A stretch of 64,000 nt of DNA, taken from positions 62,001-126,000 of the forward strand of contig KZ537986.1 of the NCBI GenBank assembly GCA_000934665.2. The letters run 5' to 3'. Under the pieces are notes generated by a model. That model saw nothing but the letters and a program-made list of their open reading frames with translations. It did not search any database and was not told the DNA's origin. This DNA is from Catajapyx aquilonaris. Its lineage: Eukaryota. The position numbers were made by a program, and so were the translations under genes. Below are positions 1-14,100 of this stretch, piece by piece (the first letter of the stretch is position 1; each line of letters begins with the position of its first letter).

Positions 1-1161
1 TTCTGGCAACCGACAGTTCACCTGATTGTTATCTTCCAAATTCACCTTCAGGGGTGCACGTCATCGACTATTGTAATAAAATAAAAAAATGCAATCCGAC
101 AACAATCACACACTACCGTCATAAAACAGACGATAAACCTCATTTTTAGAAACACAAACCCGAAGCCCACTGCTCCACTTCTCCGCGCGCCAAAATTCTA
201 AACAGGTCGCGTTTAATATAAACACAAGCATACAGCACCTTTAAGGATCAATGGCACGCTTGCGGCATGGCTTTCTATTCAACTCTGACCCCCCATCAAC
301 GGTTTTTCTTCATTTGAACCAAATTGGAACCTTCTGCGAAGTGCTCCTCCCACGATAATATTTACCCCGATTAGAATCTAAAGGCTTATAGCTTTATGGC
401 CAATAGCAGGGTCATAAAAGCAAATTATTTCGATTATGTCTGAATAATATGGGGGCTATTAATCCGACACAACACGATTGTAAGGTATTAAGTGCAAAAT
501 TTGAGGGGGCTCCAAAAGTTCTGAGAGCCATTTCCCCCTAAGCTAAAGCATGCTGACAAACAGCAACTACTCCTCACGGTCAACTTTTCCTCCCCTCTTC
601 CCCGCATTACTCGCATCCGCCAAATTTCCTACCAGTGCATGTGTGTGTGTGTGTGCGCGCGTATGTAAGCTGGGTCGGTGATGCACGTGTAAATATGTAA
701 CTTCCCGCCCGGGTGCTTCACATTCCGACAAACGGGTAAAAGAGGCCTACTACACGCCCTTGTAGCTCCGCGCAAGCGGAAAGAATTCAAACATGGTGCA
801 TTAACCGCCACTCTGACTCATGTGTATAGATTTTTAAAAATCGATGACAGAGTCGAGGGGAAACTGAATATGTCCGCCAAAAAAGGAGTGAGATACTGAA
901 TAAAAGTGCCCTTATCATTTGCGAAAGTGAACGGAGTTCAATAACTGCAATAGGCTTCATACACGGGACTTGCAACATGCGACAATCAGCGGTGCGACTA
1001 CTGATCATATACTGCAAATGTAAAACTGCTAACATTTTCGTAAAAAATATTTACATGAAGGCGCTCAGTGATGAGCTGCTGTACTGTACAGTCCAAAGCT
1101 AAGAGGAAAAGTAACTTCACACCATGATAGTATATGAGTAAATTCATTATTGATTGGCCCA

Positions 1162-1163
<2 letters not shown>

Positions 1164-1218
<55 letters not shown>
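1164..1218. repeat. (ATT)18 microsatellite
   Basis: Read directly from the sequence; it produces the poly-Ile ORF at 998-1243. Confidence 0.98.
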
Positions 1219-1221
<3 letters not shown>

Positions 1222-2113
1222 ACATTGCATTTAAGTACCTCACTTGCAGTTTATGCCATTACTATCATTGAAATGCGTCACTAATGACCACTCACTGACG
1301 AATGAATTGTAGAGTACTGGTAAGCCCCATGTAATAGGCCCTACATAAAAGCTCACTCTCATTGTTATTTCTGAACAGAAATCATATCCCAAAGGGAAAA
1401 TGGTATCATTTCCTGGCTGCTCGCTCAGGGCATGTAATAAATGAAAACTATCTTTTCATATATGAACAAAAGTCACAAATGTGAGATTTTTCTCCAGGTG
1501 ATCCGTTATAAAATGAAATAATTGAAACAGAAACTACCTCAAAGGACATGCCCTACTCTAATATACCAGTTTCAAGAGATATACTGTATGTAATTTAATT
1601 TCGCTGAATCAAGAGACAGAACAGCAATGGAAACCTCTAGAGATGAAACTAAAAATGGTCGGCCGGCCGGCGTAAACTGCATTTAACCATCACGAAAGAA
1701 ACCTCCAGATTAATTGCGAAGGACCTGCAGCTTTATTAACTCTCGCGATATTTCATTTTCGTGAAATATTCACTATTCGTGCAGCAATAAAGGACCTTTC
1801 CAGCTAAATTAAGCGTTAATTGCACAAATCACGGACCAAGATTCACTGTTGTACTCGAGAGGAAACAAAAATTTAAAGCACATTCCGCCTCTTTGGCCAT
1901 AACCCGACAAAAAAAAAAAGCACAATTACGACAACAAAATTGCAATTAAACTGCGATTAGGAGGGAACGGAGGCATCCCGGGCATCCCAGACCCAAAGCA
2001 GAACCCGTCCCGACCCTTCCCTTCCACAAGAAAGAGTGGTACATCTCAGCCTAGATTAAGCTACATCCCTCCCACACTGCTACCCTTGTATCGATGTACA
2101 GCACACGAGATGA

Positions 2114-2174
2114 GGGGGAGGGGTGGAGTGGGGTGGGGGGAAGTGAGGGGAGGGGAAGTGGGGAGGGGAGGGGG
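2114..2174 (+). repeat. G-rich low-complexity tract with multiple G4-G6 runs (potential G-quadruplex)
   Basis: About nine G-runs of 4 or more separated by short linkers. Structure formation is inferred only. Confidence 0.7.
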
Positions 2175-5100
2175 CCTTCCGTAGGGGTCGAGGGCGTTGG
2201 AAGTCGAGGGCGTGGGGCCCCTGCCCTTGGAAATATCCCTGGTTCTAGAGCAAGAGGGCTGCGACCTCTCTCCGTCTCTTACCTTATTGTTTTGCGTCGC
2301 CGTGGGCCCATTGGCCAGGCTTCCCAAGGGGGGAACGAAATTAGGCACTGTGAAAGGTGCAAACAACATGGGGGTGCTCCACAAGCCGACGCCTCCAGGC
2401 CCGAAAAAAGCGCACCCAAGTGCCGTCGCCGCCAAACTCGCGGATCGTCCACCGGCTTCTGGCCGATCCGCCGCGCGAATTTGCGACGCGGGATTCCTCT
2501 CTCTCCCTCTCTCGCTCCCCTCTCCCTCTCTCCCCGGAACAATCTTCACCGTCACTCCGCCGCTAGGCGCAAATCACCGCGCGGGGTTGCAGGTAGAGCA
2601 GCCTCCCCTTTCTTTCAAAAAAAGCACGTGTACGTGTGTGTACTGGGGGGAGGGGCAGGGTTGGGAAGGGCGAGGGACAAGGGGGGTTGATGTGCGGGTG
2701 GGTAAAAAGGGGGAGGAAAAGGAGGAGAGGGGGGAAGGAGCGGTGGCACACCCGGCACTGTCACTGGCGGCTCTACCGCTTTCCCAGAGTCGCTGCTACA
2801 CCACACTCGGAAACGGCTAAAAAACGCTCCACGCGGTCGGCCCGAGAGTCAGTGTCCTACTGAAAGGATCACAGGGAGTAGGCCTACAACTGTGCTCAAC
2901 CGTTCGAGTACGTCGGGGCAGTCGCCACACTCTTCGACGCCCGCCGACGCTGCTTCCTCCTCCCCCCCTCCTCCTCCCTTCCCCTTTCCACCACCAGCAC
3001 CACCGCACCCCCCCCGACTCAACACAGCCCCAGTTACGTTGCGCTGCAGACTTTAGTGTCGCGGGGGCCGCCTTGCTGTAAGGATATAGTCGTGTGCATG
3101 TGTGAAGACAACGCGGGGTCCTAAGACCTGTGAGTGTCAGTGCTGGGTCGTATCAGGGTAGGGCTTTAGGGAGGACAGAGGGTTGCAAGGTGATTAGGGA
3201 GGAAGGGAGGGAGGAGGATGAGGACAGGGGTGGGTGGGTGGGTGGGAATGACGGCACACACACGCCTGTCTCGTCCTAAACCGAGGCCTATACTGCGCCG
3301 GCTTGTGCGTTTTCGTCCTTCTCGTTCCGGGTCGCGCTTTTCGGGTACCGTGTTGGCAACCCTGTTCGAAAGAAGAAGAAGAAAAAAATGTAGGCAGAGA
3401 AAAAAGAGAGAGAGAGCACACTCCCGAGACTTCACGGACCGCGGTGGGCTTATAAACTTATTCCTGACAGCTAGGATGGAATCCCCACCCACACACTTCA
3501 CTCCGTTTGGGAAATAAAGCGCAACAATCCCCCTTCCCTTGCCCGCACCTCCATTGCCTTCAGCCAACCAACCAACCACCACCCACAACCACCAATATGC
3601 TGGGAGGGAGGAAAAGGCGCCGTTGCAGTAACTTGCGCTTGACTAGCTTGACAATATCCCAGGGTCTTCAATATGCGCTACACGGGAGATCCGGAGAGCC
3701 CGGAGATGTCCTCCCAGGAATATACGCAAGGAGGCTGCGACGTCGTCACAAGCACCGCACGATACTGTAAATCAATGAGAATTATTTCCTGTCCCTCTGT
3801 TGCAGGAGTCGCCACACAACTGCGAGGGACCTTTAAAATATATATAAAGAAAGGGGGAGGTGGGGTGGAGGTGGATGTCAATTGGCCCAAATTTGTTGCC
3901 CCGGAGGAAATTCCCCGAGCCACCTGTGCGAGAAAAGAGTCCAGACACGTTCTTAGTGCCATAAAACTGCCCTTTAGCGAACGGCCTTTTATGTCGAGGT
4001 TCTAACCCTAGCCACCTGGTGGTATCCAATGTCCTTCCACGAGTTATACTTAAAAACATCCGATACTGCAAGCATCACAGTGCAGACGAACCTACCAACA
4101 GGCGTCAACAGTTACTACTCCCCTTCAGAAGACCCTAATAGATGTCATCATGTCATATCCTGAGACATAAGGACCAAGAATGAGCATCCCAGATAACTAA
4201 CTACCCACCAGGATTGTTTCCCTTGGTTATGCGTTCCAGAGTGCTGTAATCAAGGGTAACTCTCTCAGTAGATAGCTACCCAGATTTAACATTCACTGAG
4301 GATGATAAATCCCATAATAGTTATGGGGCCTTTGAGGGGGTCGTCTCTTAAATGGTGGGCTTGATTCAATTTGTGGCAACAGGAGAAACCCCGCGCTAAC
4401 ACAGAGATACCCATCGAAACTCTTCTCATTTGAAAAGGTCCTAGGTCCGACTTTGAGATCGAACTCTGCACCACAGTGGCGCACGCTGTGGAATAAACCA
4501 CTCTGCCACAGCCACAGTTCCGCCATAGTTTCCTCAAATATGATGCCTCATTATTATTCCCGGGCGGATACTTCCGTACCTCCCAACTGACTGGCTACAT
4601 TTAGAACTGAATTGCTGTAAGATTCTGCTGGTTACGACCTTGACGGCTTGGAAATGTCCACGCCTATTTATTACAGCGCCGAGTAACCTGATGCGCCCAT
4701 AAAGGAGGCAAGTAAGGAAACTTCATCCCCAGGTTTCCTGGGGACACTTCAGAGCCACACACACACCCAACCTGGGCCCCGGCACGCCTTTTAGCCTGCC
4801 GTCCTGCTGCAGAGAGATAGACCAATTTCGGCCCCTCCTCCATTTGAAAACCAGAGAGCGGTTTCCATCGTATATATGCGGGCCCGGCAGCCATGCAGAG
4901 GGAAAAGCGTGCCATGTCTCCCTCCTCCCTCCCCTTGAATATATTCAACAGATGAGAAAACGCCACAACATGCCATTTTAGTTAGAGCTTCACTTGGCCT
5001 CCGGGCGGTTCCAGCAGGCCTGGAAATACCTTCCCCTTTTCGGACGGTGCAGTCGCATCGGCCTGGGCACAGAGAAAAAAAAATGCGTTTCAAACCCCCT

Positions 5101-8100
5101 TTGTGCTTTCTGCACCATATGTGTTTGCTTCTGTTTCCAGATAATTACGCAAAGGGTGGGCCCCGAGATTCTGTTTATTCTCGGCGTGGGGTGAAAAACA
5201 AGCCGGATTGCCGTGGGAAACAGTCCTGTTTACAGCACCTGTCGAGGGGTCCGTACCGAAGTCGCCAACTAGACACGGCGGTAACCAAAGACAAATCCCT
5301 TCTGACCACTGACGCCACTGGACCTTGCCCAAGCAAAACTATGCAAATGGCGAATGTTAACACCGTTTAATTACATACGTCCTGCAGTATGGCTGGCAAA
5401 AGCGTGCCACATTCGCTGGATTTTGCCCAGCTCTCCCTCCTCTAGCTGAATATTGCACCTTTGACTGACAAAAGACAAATCTGCCTCCCACGCCCTGTCA
5501 ACATCAGGCCACGGTCCCGGGGTATGCAAGACGCTGATGCGAATTGGCTTCGAGCCATTTGTCTTCAATTTCTGTGCAGGAAACCTGAAGGGTCTTCCCC
5601 TCCCTCCCCTCGGAAAATTTGCATGGTTACCAAACCCGTCTGAGTCACAGTCGCAGACTTTGATAGCGTCGCGAATTGACTTGTGAGATTTTATTCGCCA
5701 GAGCAGGTGCAATAAATGCACATGCCGGAGAGAAATAAAGAGTGATGTCCGGAGCTCGCTGAGGGCAGGTTCGGAGGTCTGGCTGTAGCGCCTGCGATGT
5801 AGGCAACGCGTTGAACAAAAGAGGCGGATAGGTTATCTAGCTGCCAGGATGAAGGGCGCGTACTAGTGAAGACTCTTCTTACCTTGCCCCGTAGACCCGG
5901 GATTTGTCTGGGCAGTCATACTAATTAAGACAATTACAGCTGCATTATAGATAATAAAACAATGTTTAGTTGTAACATTCTCTGTTCGATTGTGTTGCGT
6001 ATGGCTTAGGACTGCCTCTGATTTCAGTTAGAACAACTGAAAGCGAACTAATCCTGCAGCCGGGCATCTTTGATTTATTACCAGGAAATGTTGTCAAAAC
6101 AGTTTTTTCGCAGGCAGGCTGAAACATAAATTTCGTCTCACTCGAGTTTCTAATGGCTTCCTCCCCTTGTTACAACAGGGAGTCGTTCGCCCCCAGCCAC
6201 GGAGTGAGGTGGACCTATTTACACATACAAAAATCGAACCCCACATATATACGATTGTTGCAAATACTAACTTACCTCATTTGCTAACGTCACAAACCTT
6301 ACATTTTGCTGTTATTATCACGACAGCTCAGTTCAAAGGCAAGGACATATGGCAACTAAAAGTGATGAAACTGCAGCCACGTTAGGAATAAGTATGAAGA
6401 GAGGTCGTAATGGTTTTTATACACCGGTACTCCGTTAATCGGAAGTACACGACACTAGACCGTGTCTGGAAGCTAAGCTTTATGATTATTTTTCAGCTCT
6501 TACGCATTTATCTCGTACACAACTCACATTTAAAAACATTTCCATACGATATTCAACCATTTCTTTCTATTCTACTAGATTGTAATTAGCAGTAGCACAC
6601 GGAAAAAACGCAGTCGCATCAAATAATGAAGTCCTTTTTATCAAAACAAAACAAAACCACGGGTTTGACATATAGTGTCGACACAAATTGTACTTGACAT
6701 ATAAGTAATGATCTTTGTCCGACACATCATTTTTACAGTCGCAGCTATGATTAAATGTTACTGAAAGACCGCTTCAGATGTCAAATCGTGCCGCATGAGA
6801 TACATACCATTCGGCTCATTCTCACGGCTAATGTAGGTGCTCTCGGAAGAGTATAAACGATTTCACACCATAAGACCTACATTTAAAAATTGCCTAGAGT
6901 ACTCGGAAAATTCACTACTCTCACGTCCACGACCAGGTCAATATGGTAATCAAGTGGACTAAAACAAAAATGGATCCGACGGTAGGCCCCCACGCTTTCC
7001 GCGCACATTTGAATGTCAAATCCAAAGAAAAGGGCTATTATATTTCGATTCAAATGTCATGGAAAAATATCAATGTCCTCCCAAATGAACGCGGCCTGAC
7101 AGTGTCACCCACCTGACAAATCTGCTTTCCAATTACGTCAGGCGCATGAAGGGGTGAAAGACTAGGTCAAACGGGGCTGGATATTCCCCTCGTATAGAGA
7201 GGTACGCCACATGCTCCGAAGGAAGCAAAGTTACTCGACATCCCCATCCAATACCGACCGGAAGACCCTAAAAACAAGCTATCAAAGTAACGCAGTTGGT
7301 AATTTTCTTTTATTATCCGCACAAGAATCCTCCCAAAGGTAGTAATACCAATATAATATGCAATTTGGAATTCCTGGAAAGCCATAAAGATGTTAAGCCC
7401 TGAGGTAATACCCCCTCCTCCTCCAGCACCAATTGCTCTCTCCAACAGTGCCTAATACCAAAGTGAATAATTAAATCCCAGTTTCCACCCCTCAAAACAA
7501 GTTTCTTTCCTGCCTTTTTGTGTTCCCAGGGTACGACATTCCGCCCTACCCAATTGGCCCCTTAAGCCTGCAAAACTTTCCGATTTGTGAAGGCGCTTCA
7601 AAGGGAGTGACGGCAATCCACCTTCGCTTGCATTTCGTTAAAGCAACTTTCCAGATGCCTCAAGTCCGGTCACATAATTATGGCTCCTGTACGTGCGCCG
7701 GAAAATTCGTTTTTCTTCTGGCGGCCATAACTGTCCGAAGGGGCAAGTGTATTGCCCACAATGGCTCGCTTATTTTTCTCTCGCCCTCGTAACCCTGGCC
7801 AGCCAAGCCCCCTCCACACATTAGGCCTGCGTCTGTTTTCCTACTTTTTCCCCGAGATCCGAAGAGCAACATGGAGCAGCAGCAGCCCACCCGAAAAAGA
7901 GTTGCTCGCATCGATCGTCCCGCCGACTCTCCAAGCAACAAACAAAGACGACTTAATGGTCCATATAAAATAAAATAAATCCCTGCAAGATGCAAGGAGC
8001 AGATTATTTACCAGAAGGTCGGTTTCTTTCCCTCGCTTTTTCCCTCCCACTCTTCCTGCTCTATAAGAGGGGGGGGGGGGAGGAGAGGACAGAAAAAAAG

Positions 8101-11100
8101 AACAAAAATGGAGTAAAGAGAAAAGAGGCGATGCGCAGTTGCTGATGCGAGATTTAACTCAGGAGAGCATTATCATGAGCTACAAGTGCCCGCGCTTCCC
8201 GAGTGCCGGCAAAGGCGAAAGAGAGATCTCTCAGGGCTGTCGCATTTTATTTCCCTCTGCCTGCCGATGATGCTAATTGACATTAATGCCCGGAATGATT
8301 CACCGGGGTTCCTTTGTTTGCGTGGAAGCGAGAGTCAAAAAATAACTCTTGGGGCTTCCACTCGAGCGCCTGAGCGGCGCAACCAAGCAAGAGTAAACCG
8401 ATTTGGCACCCATGCAACAATCCGAAATGTACCTTCCCCTGAAAATATATTCGTTAAGAGACCATTTGTCTTTGACACAATGGAAAGTAAACCTTATCAG
8501 AGCAAGGATAAAAACCATTCATCGAAAGTCCCCGGGCCTTGAGGGCGAACGATTTACTATGTTTTACCCAACACTTCTCTCCCTTTTCCCCGAAAAGCTC
8601 GCCCTCGACGATTTATTACATAACCGCCTCTGGAAGCAGCCTGGATTATCTCGGACGCTTCTACACTATATTTAAGCAGCTTTTCCCAGAGCTCCGGAGT
8701 CGGAACTTACAATCCAACAAGCGTGGACTCCCTCTGCAAATACTCATAATCTGGCTGATCATCATCCCCCCTCTCCGGGACTCAAGAGCCGCCACAGCTG
8801 AGGTCGCGCAGAAACAAACTTGACGTACAGTTTGCTTCATCAGGAAGGCTCTGGAAAACGGCGCTAACTCTTAACTGCATATTCACACAGTGCAGCGGCA
8901 GCACCTCCTACACGCGTCGGCACGGCGCGATAATTCTCTTCTTGGAAGACAATACTCCTCCTTACACCCGGGAACTAACTTGACTTGATTTTGCAATCCC
9001 GTTTCTCTAAGCTCCGAGTGGCAAACCGATAACGTTTGAACAAGATCAAAGGATCTGGAAACTGACTCGAGACAAATCCTGATCATTATTCACGCTGGAA
9101 TCGCATAACACAGAGCTGTATTTATTCTTACCCCAGTTTATTAACAAAGCCAACATACAGCCGAAAGCCTCGTGACTGCATGCCGATGTAACCCCCCTCC
9201 CCTCCACCTCCCTCGCCCCTCCCCAACACATACAAAAAAGCCTCCCTCATCCCCGAAACCCGCATTGTTTCTTTTCAATGCCCATCAGCTTTAATTCACT
9301 GCGGTGTACTGAATAACTTCACACCACCCGATTAACCATTGTGGTGGCAATTGTTTTCAACTCCCTTGCTGACAATGGCGGATCGGCGCTGATCAGCCCA
9401 ATTTTTGAGCCCCTTGCGCGAGGAGGGGAAAAAGCTATGGATAGAGTGGCAGCGGTTGTGGTGGTGCCTGTGGGGGATGGGGGGCCGTTGTCAGGGGGAG
9501 GAGGAGTACGGGGAGGGGGGCATGGGAGGGGGGTAGCTGGGAAGCTAAACACAAACATGGAGATAGATCGTTATATGCCCTCCCGTACAAACTCAAGAAT
9601 GTTGTAATAACAGCAGTTGGGCCCCTCCGTCAGCAATTTTCTACTGGGATTTTAAATTAATAACCCGCCGCCAAGCGGTGCGATAACTCAGTTGGGGGAA
9701 CGCAAGGACGCTGTTGCTTTGAAATTATAATAAAATTACTCTAACAGCACAACCGCCGGCAATAAATCACCTCTTCCGGTGCAGGAGGTTATCGAGTATG
9801 ACTATAATGAGTGCAAGACAACTTCTACCTGCCGGCAATGGCGGGATGGGCCGGTCGGGGAGAGCAGAGCGGGCGCTCTGGAGGGAACTGATTCCAACAA
9901 TGAAAAGTTCACTCCGGAGCCGACGTTAGCAATAATTAGCCTGGTGACGTATAAAGCAAGGGCAATGAAGGGGAAAACGAAGGCTTCGTCTCAAGATGTC
10001 GCATAGCTACTTAATACTCCGGAACAGACGGAGCAGAAGGGCCGAATGGGGGTTGCACGGGGCGGTGATTAGTTCCTGCGGGATACATCTCTGTCCGAGC
10101 AAATGAGCCTTGTTTGCTGCCGAGCCTCCAGAGATTCTCCTCGGTCACAGCCTTTTTTTTTTTTCAGCTCTTCTTCCATCTCACCCCACCCTCCTATTCG
10201 CAATCCTACTGCTACTATACGGTATACCGGATGGTACACCTACCACCAGGGCAAGAAAGGTATTTCAAGTGCCATATCTAGGTCAAAAGTTTAACTAGAA
10301 TTATTGGGGAAGAATAAGGCGTATTCGGCAGGAATTACAAAAATTAACATTTATTATTGTTAATTTTATACTAACCTGAAATAACATACACCGAAACGTT
10401 TATTCACTTTTGGTTGGTACAAGTTTATTTCGTTCTTATTTTAATACCTCATGATGTGCCTCAGAAGGCTCTTTAGGAGGCCTCCAGCACTGTACGTGTA
10501 CGGGATCAACATAAATACCCTAATGCACTACAGTCTACTGCTCCTATTTTCATAGTAACTCCCATAAATTAGGGCCTAATTCGTTTTTGAAAACCAAGGA
10601 GTACGCAATAAGGTCCTCGTTTAGTGAAAAAAACAGCCAGTGACTTCTGGCAGGGGGAGCAAGAAAGAAACATCTTAAATCTTTCAGTCTGAAGCACTCT
10701 GACTGCATCAGAAAGTATCACTATGAAGTGCAGGGCCAACAATTCACATGAAATTCAATGTCGCAGCGCGGCTTTCATTCTTCCCACCCTCACCCCCTAC
10801 CTTCAACCCCATTTTGCCTCATTATACGGTCATGGACCATCCAGCAAACCTGAATGCGCGGCAAAGTCGGGGAGAGCCCTCCCCTAAAATCACCGACACG
10901 ATCGCTCCGGTTAAAAGCCACGTACGGGTGGGTCCTCCTCGCTCGTCTGTGCAAATGGATATTGTGCATTATGAAAATGGCTCCTGTTTGAATTATTGGT
11001 ATGCATTACTGTTGGAATAATACTCTTTGCTTAAACAGCGCACCGGAACACCCCGGGAAAGAGCCAACCTATATTTTACCCGATTACGTGAGCCTGGAAT

Positions 11101-14100
11101 CGGTTTAGAACCGCGGGTTTGACGGTCGCCCTCTACGAGCACACTCCCTCCCTTCCCTCCCGTCGCCCCTTCCTCCGCTCCATGTTTGAAAAGTCGGTAA
11201 TAACGGGGAAAAGTGGGCGGAGTAAACAGCACGTCGGATTAGCAGCTCCAGAGTGACAAATACACCCTGGGTGGTCTTACATTACCGAGGCACAGTGAAC
11301 ACTATCTCACAGGCGGACCAATTAAGGCAAATGCCCTCCCCCCAAAAAAAGTGTCCTGGCACATAAGCACATAATATTGTGAGTACACATGGGACTCGAC
11401 TGAAAAATAAAGCGTGGCTGTATTTCACTACCCAAGTAATCCACTGTCCTCATTCTTATTCCAGCTTCGGATGAATGTTGTCACAGCCGTGAATATTTAA
11501 TATAATTTGGGCTTTTTATAGTCACCCAGCCTATATCTGAGCAGGTCAGCATGTCATGTTGCACCTGTTGCACATCAGTAAATAAACTTGGTATTATGTA
11601 ATTCCCTTGCAATGTTATTAAACGAACGAGTATAATTTTCGACCAAGAGGCTGCATGATTCCATGTCCTGGCTGCCACGGCTCACATCACGAGCGAAAAA
11701 CCCTGCCTTGAACAGTTGGCAGAGCCTGCCAAGTAATTGCCAAAATTACTCGGCACACTTATGTCACATTTCCACGCTTTGTTTGTGTTCACGAGTGTAC
11801 AGCACCTCACCGGCCACGAGTGACCTTTAAGCGCCGCGCGCAACAAAACGATTAGGCTACTCCACACAATCGCAAGGTAAACCCAGGCCGGTAATCGACA
11901 CACGAATAATCAATACTGGCCACCCCACCACCCACCCACCCCACCAGTTTTCACCGCACAAGTGGGCACATAATGTCCACGCTTTGTTTGCTACGGTACA
12001 AATCACAACCACGGGAAATGCTGTCTCCGAGGCTGTTTGTGTGTCAATAATGCCGCCATTTCACGGCGAACTCATCGGGGGTATTAATTTACTTCCCATT
12101 AACATAACAGCCTGGAACATACATCAATCTTCTCCTCCTCCTCCTCCTCCTCCCCAATGCACCCACCAACATCATCACCCCTCCCACCCAACCTCACGCG
12201 CTAAGTAGCTCTATTCCACCTAATAACATGGCGCCGGCTTATAAGCTCCGTTCCGCATAATGTTCGCGGGCGAGGAGTTCCATAATCCTATATCCGGAAT
12301 GTAACAGCCTCACCTATTATTCTAATACGCCAGACATTCCACAAGGGGGAGAAATACTCTGCGGATATGCCACACCTTATCTAGTTAAGGAGACCGCGGC
12401 TTCATTTCCCTCCAGAATACAAGATGGTGTCGACGAACACCGCTGGGATTTTCTAAGCACTGGGGGAGACGGTGAGGGTGCTGGGGTAGCAGGGCTCGAG
12501 AGGAGGGGGTGGGGCATAAGATAACCCAGGGAGGGAGAACTTTTCGCTTGTAAAATTACTCTCGGCACTTGGACCACTCTTTTACCCACGCTTCCTTTTT
12601 TCGGCAGGTTGTGCGATAACCGCTCCTCCCGGAAACTTCTTACTCCTTTTTTCCTCCTCCCCCTTTTTACTCCCTTTCCCCTGGAAAGCATAGCTGCCCA
12701 GGGAATAATTGAAGCCACTTATGAGCAGACAAATGTTTTCAGCAAGGGAAAGGGTGAGGCAGAGGCTGGGGGAATGGGTGGGGGTGCGGGCAAATGAATT
12801 TGTAATATCCACCACCCCTTGAAGCACGGCACAGCTGAAACGGAGCTAACTCATGTCGGTTGCCACTTTCAAACTGCCTTCTACAGCCAAGTGTTTTGGG
12901 TAAATTGACTTTTAGTGAGAGTATCCCCGGCGCTACAGTGGTGATGAGTAGCCCACCGGTGCTAAAAAGTTATCCAAGCGGCATTGTATAATCACACTGC
13001 GTTCATAAAAATGACAACACGGCAAATGTGCTTCCTGATTGCCGACGGCCTCTAATGTGTACCATCAACTTGGTGCGCGCAGGTGCAAAGGACCTCATTC
13101 CTGCTCAAGTCACATTGTCGTATAACGAAGCCGATTTTCCAAGTGCTGTAAGCTTTCAAAAGTCGAGGTTCACACTCGCTTTGCAATAAATTATTGCAGT
13201 AGAACTGATCAGTACACACGCTCAATATTACGCAATGAACTTTAAATGCTGCATGCTGAACTAAATTTCACTTATTTAAAAGTTGCATCGCAGTGTGGTC
13301 GGCATTCAAAATTAGCAAAAAACAGTACAAAAAATTGGCAGCAAAATTGCAATGGGCACTTGCTGAGAGAGTCGGCAGTCGGGAAATACGTCATAATAAT
13401 TGGCTGGAACTACCATAGGTCCACTTATTCCTCGGGCACTCATCAAAAGTGATCTCGACATGCGCAGGAAGTTGCTCCAGCCGCGCAATGGACCAAGCCA
13501 CGGGTCATCGCTCATCCGGAATAACCCATTGATTAGAAATCACTTTTAATTATGGTTGCCGGGAACTATCCCTAGTAATTTTTAATGCCTGCGGAAGTTG
13601 AAAAAATTATACGGGAGCCAAAGCCAAAGGATGGAGTTAAAAATCGCGCTACGTGAAAGAGTGCACCTGTGCACTACAGGATATTTATCTGTACTGGACA
13701 GCGGAATAGGCCAGGAACACGTTACGAAAATCTTTCTTACTCAGCAGTTATCCAGTACGCCTGAATATAATATACTTGACAGTAACTCCTTAATTCCTGT
13801 CGCCCGAGATGGAATATCAGAGGAAAGGAATTGCATATAGCTTACCCTGTCACGCCAAAATCTGTTACACGAGAGGGTTACTATTGAAATTCCTAATTTT
13901 CCAACCTAATTTCAGCACCATTGGAAAATCCACCAGCCTCAGCAATGTCTGGATAAAATGGTCACATAAATATGTGTAAAATATTGGCCTAGAAAATGTG
14001 ATCCCCAAGCCTGCATTTTCACAGGTACGAGGTCGAAAATGCAGCTGAAAATCGTCACCATTTGTCACTAGCGAGGAGGCAAAATAGGGACACATATGTC

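Noticed and set aside
2061..2863. Overlapping 160-207-aa ORFs on both strands
   Set aside because: They are Gly/Pro/Arg-rich low-complexity frames caused by high GC and G/C runs, with no recognisable domain.
6270..6375. Strong minus-strand donor GAG|GTAAGT with upstream AGs as a possible exon
   Set aside because: The frames I checked contain stops and show no TIAR similarity. Isolated donors are expected by chance in 64 kb.
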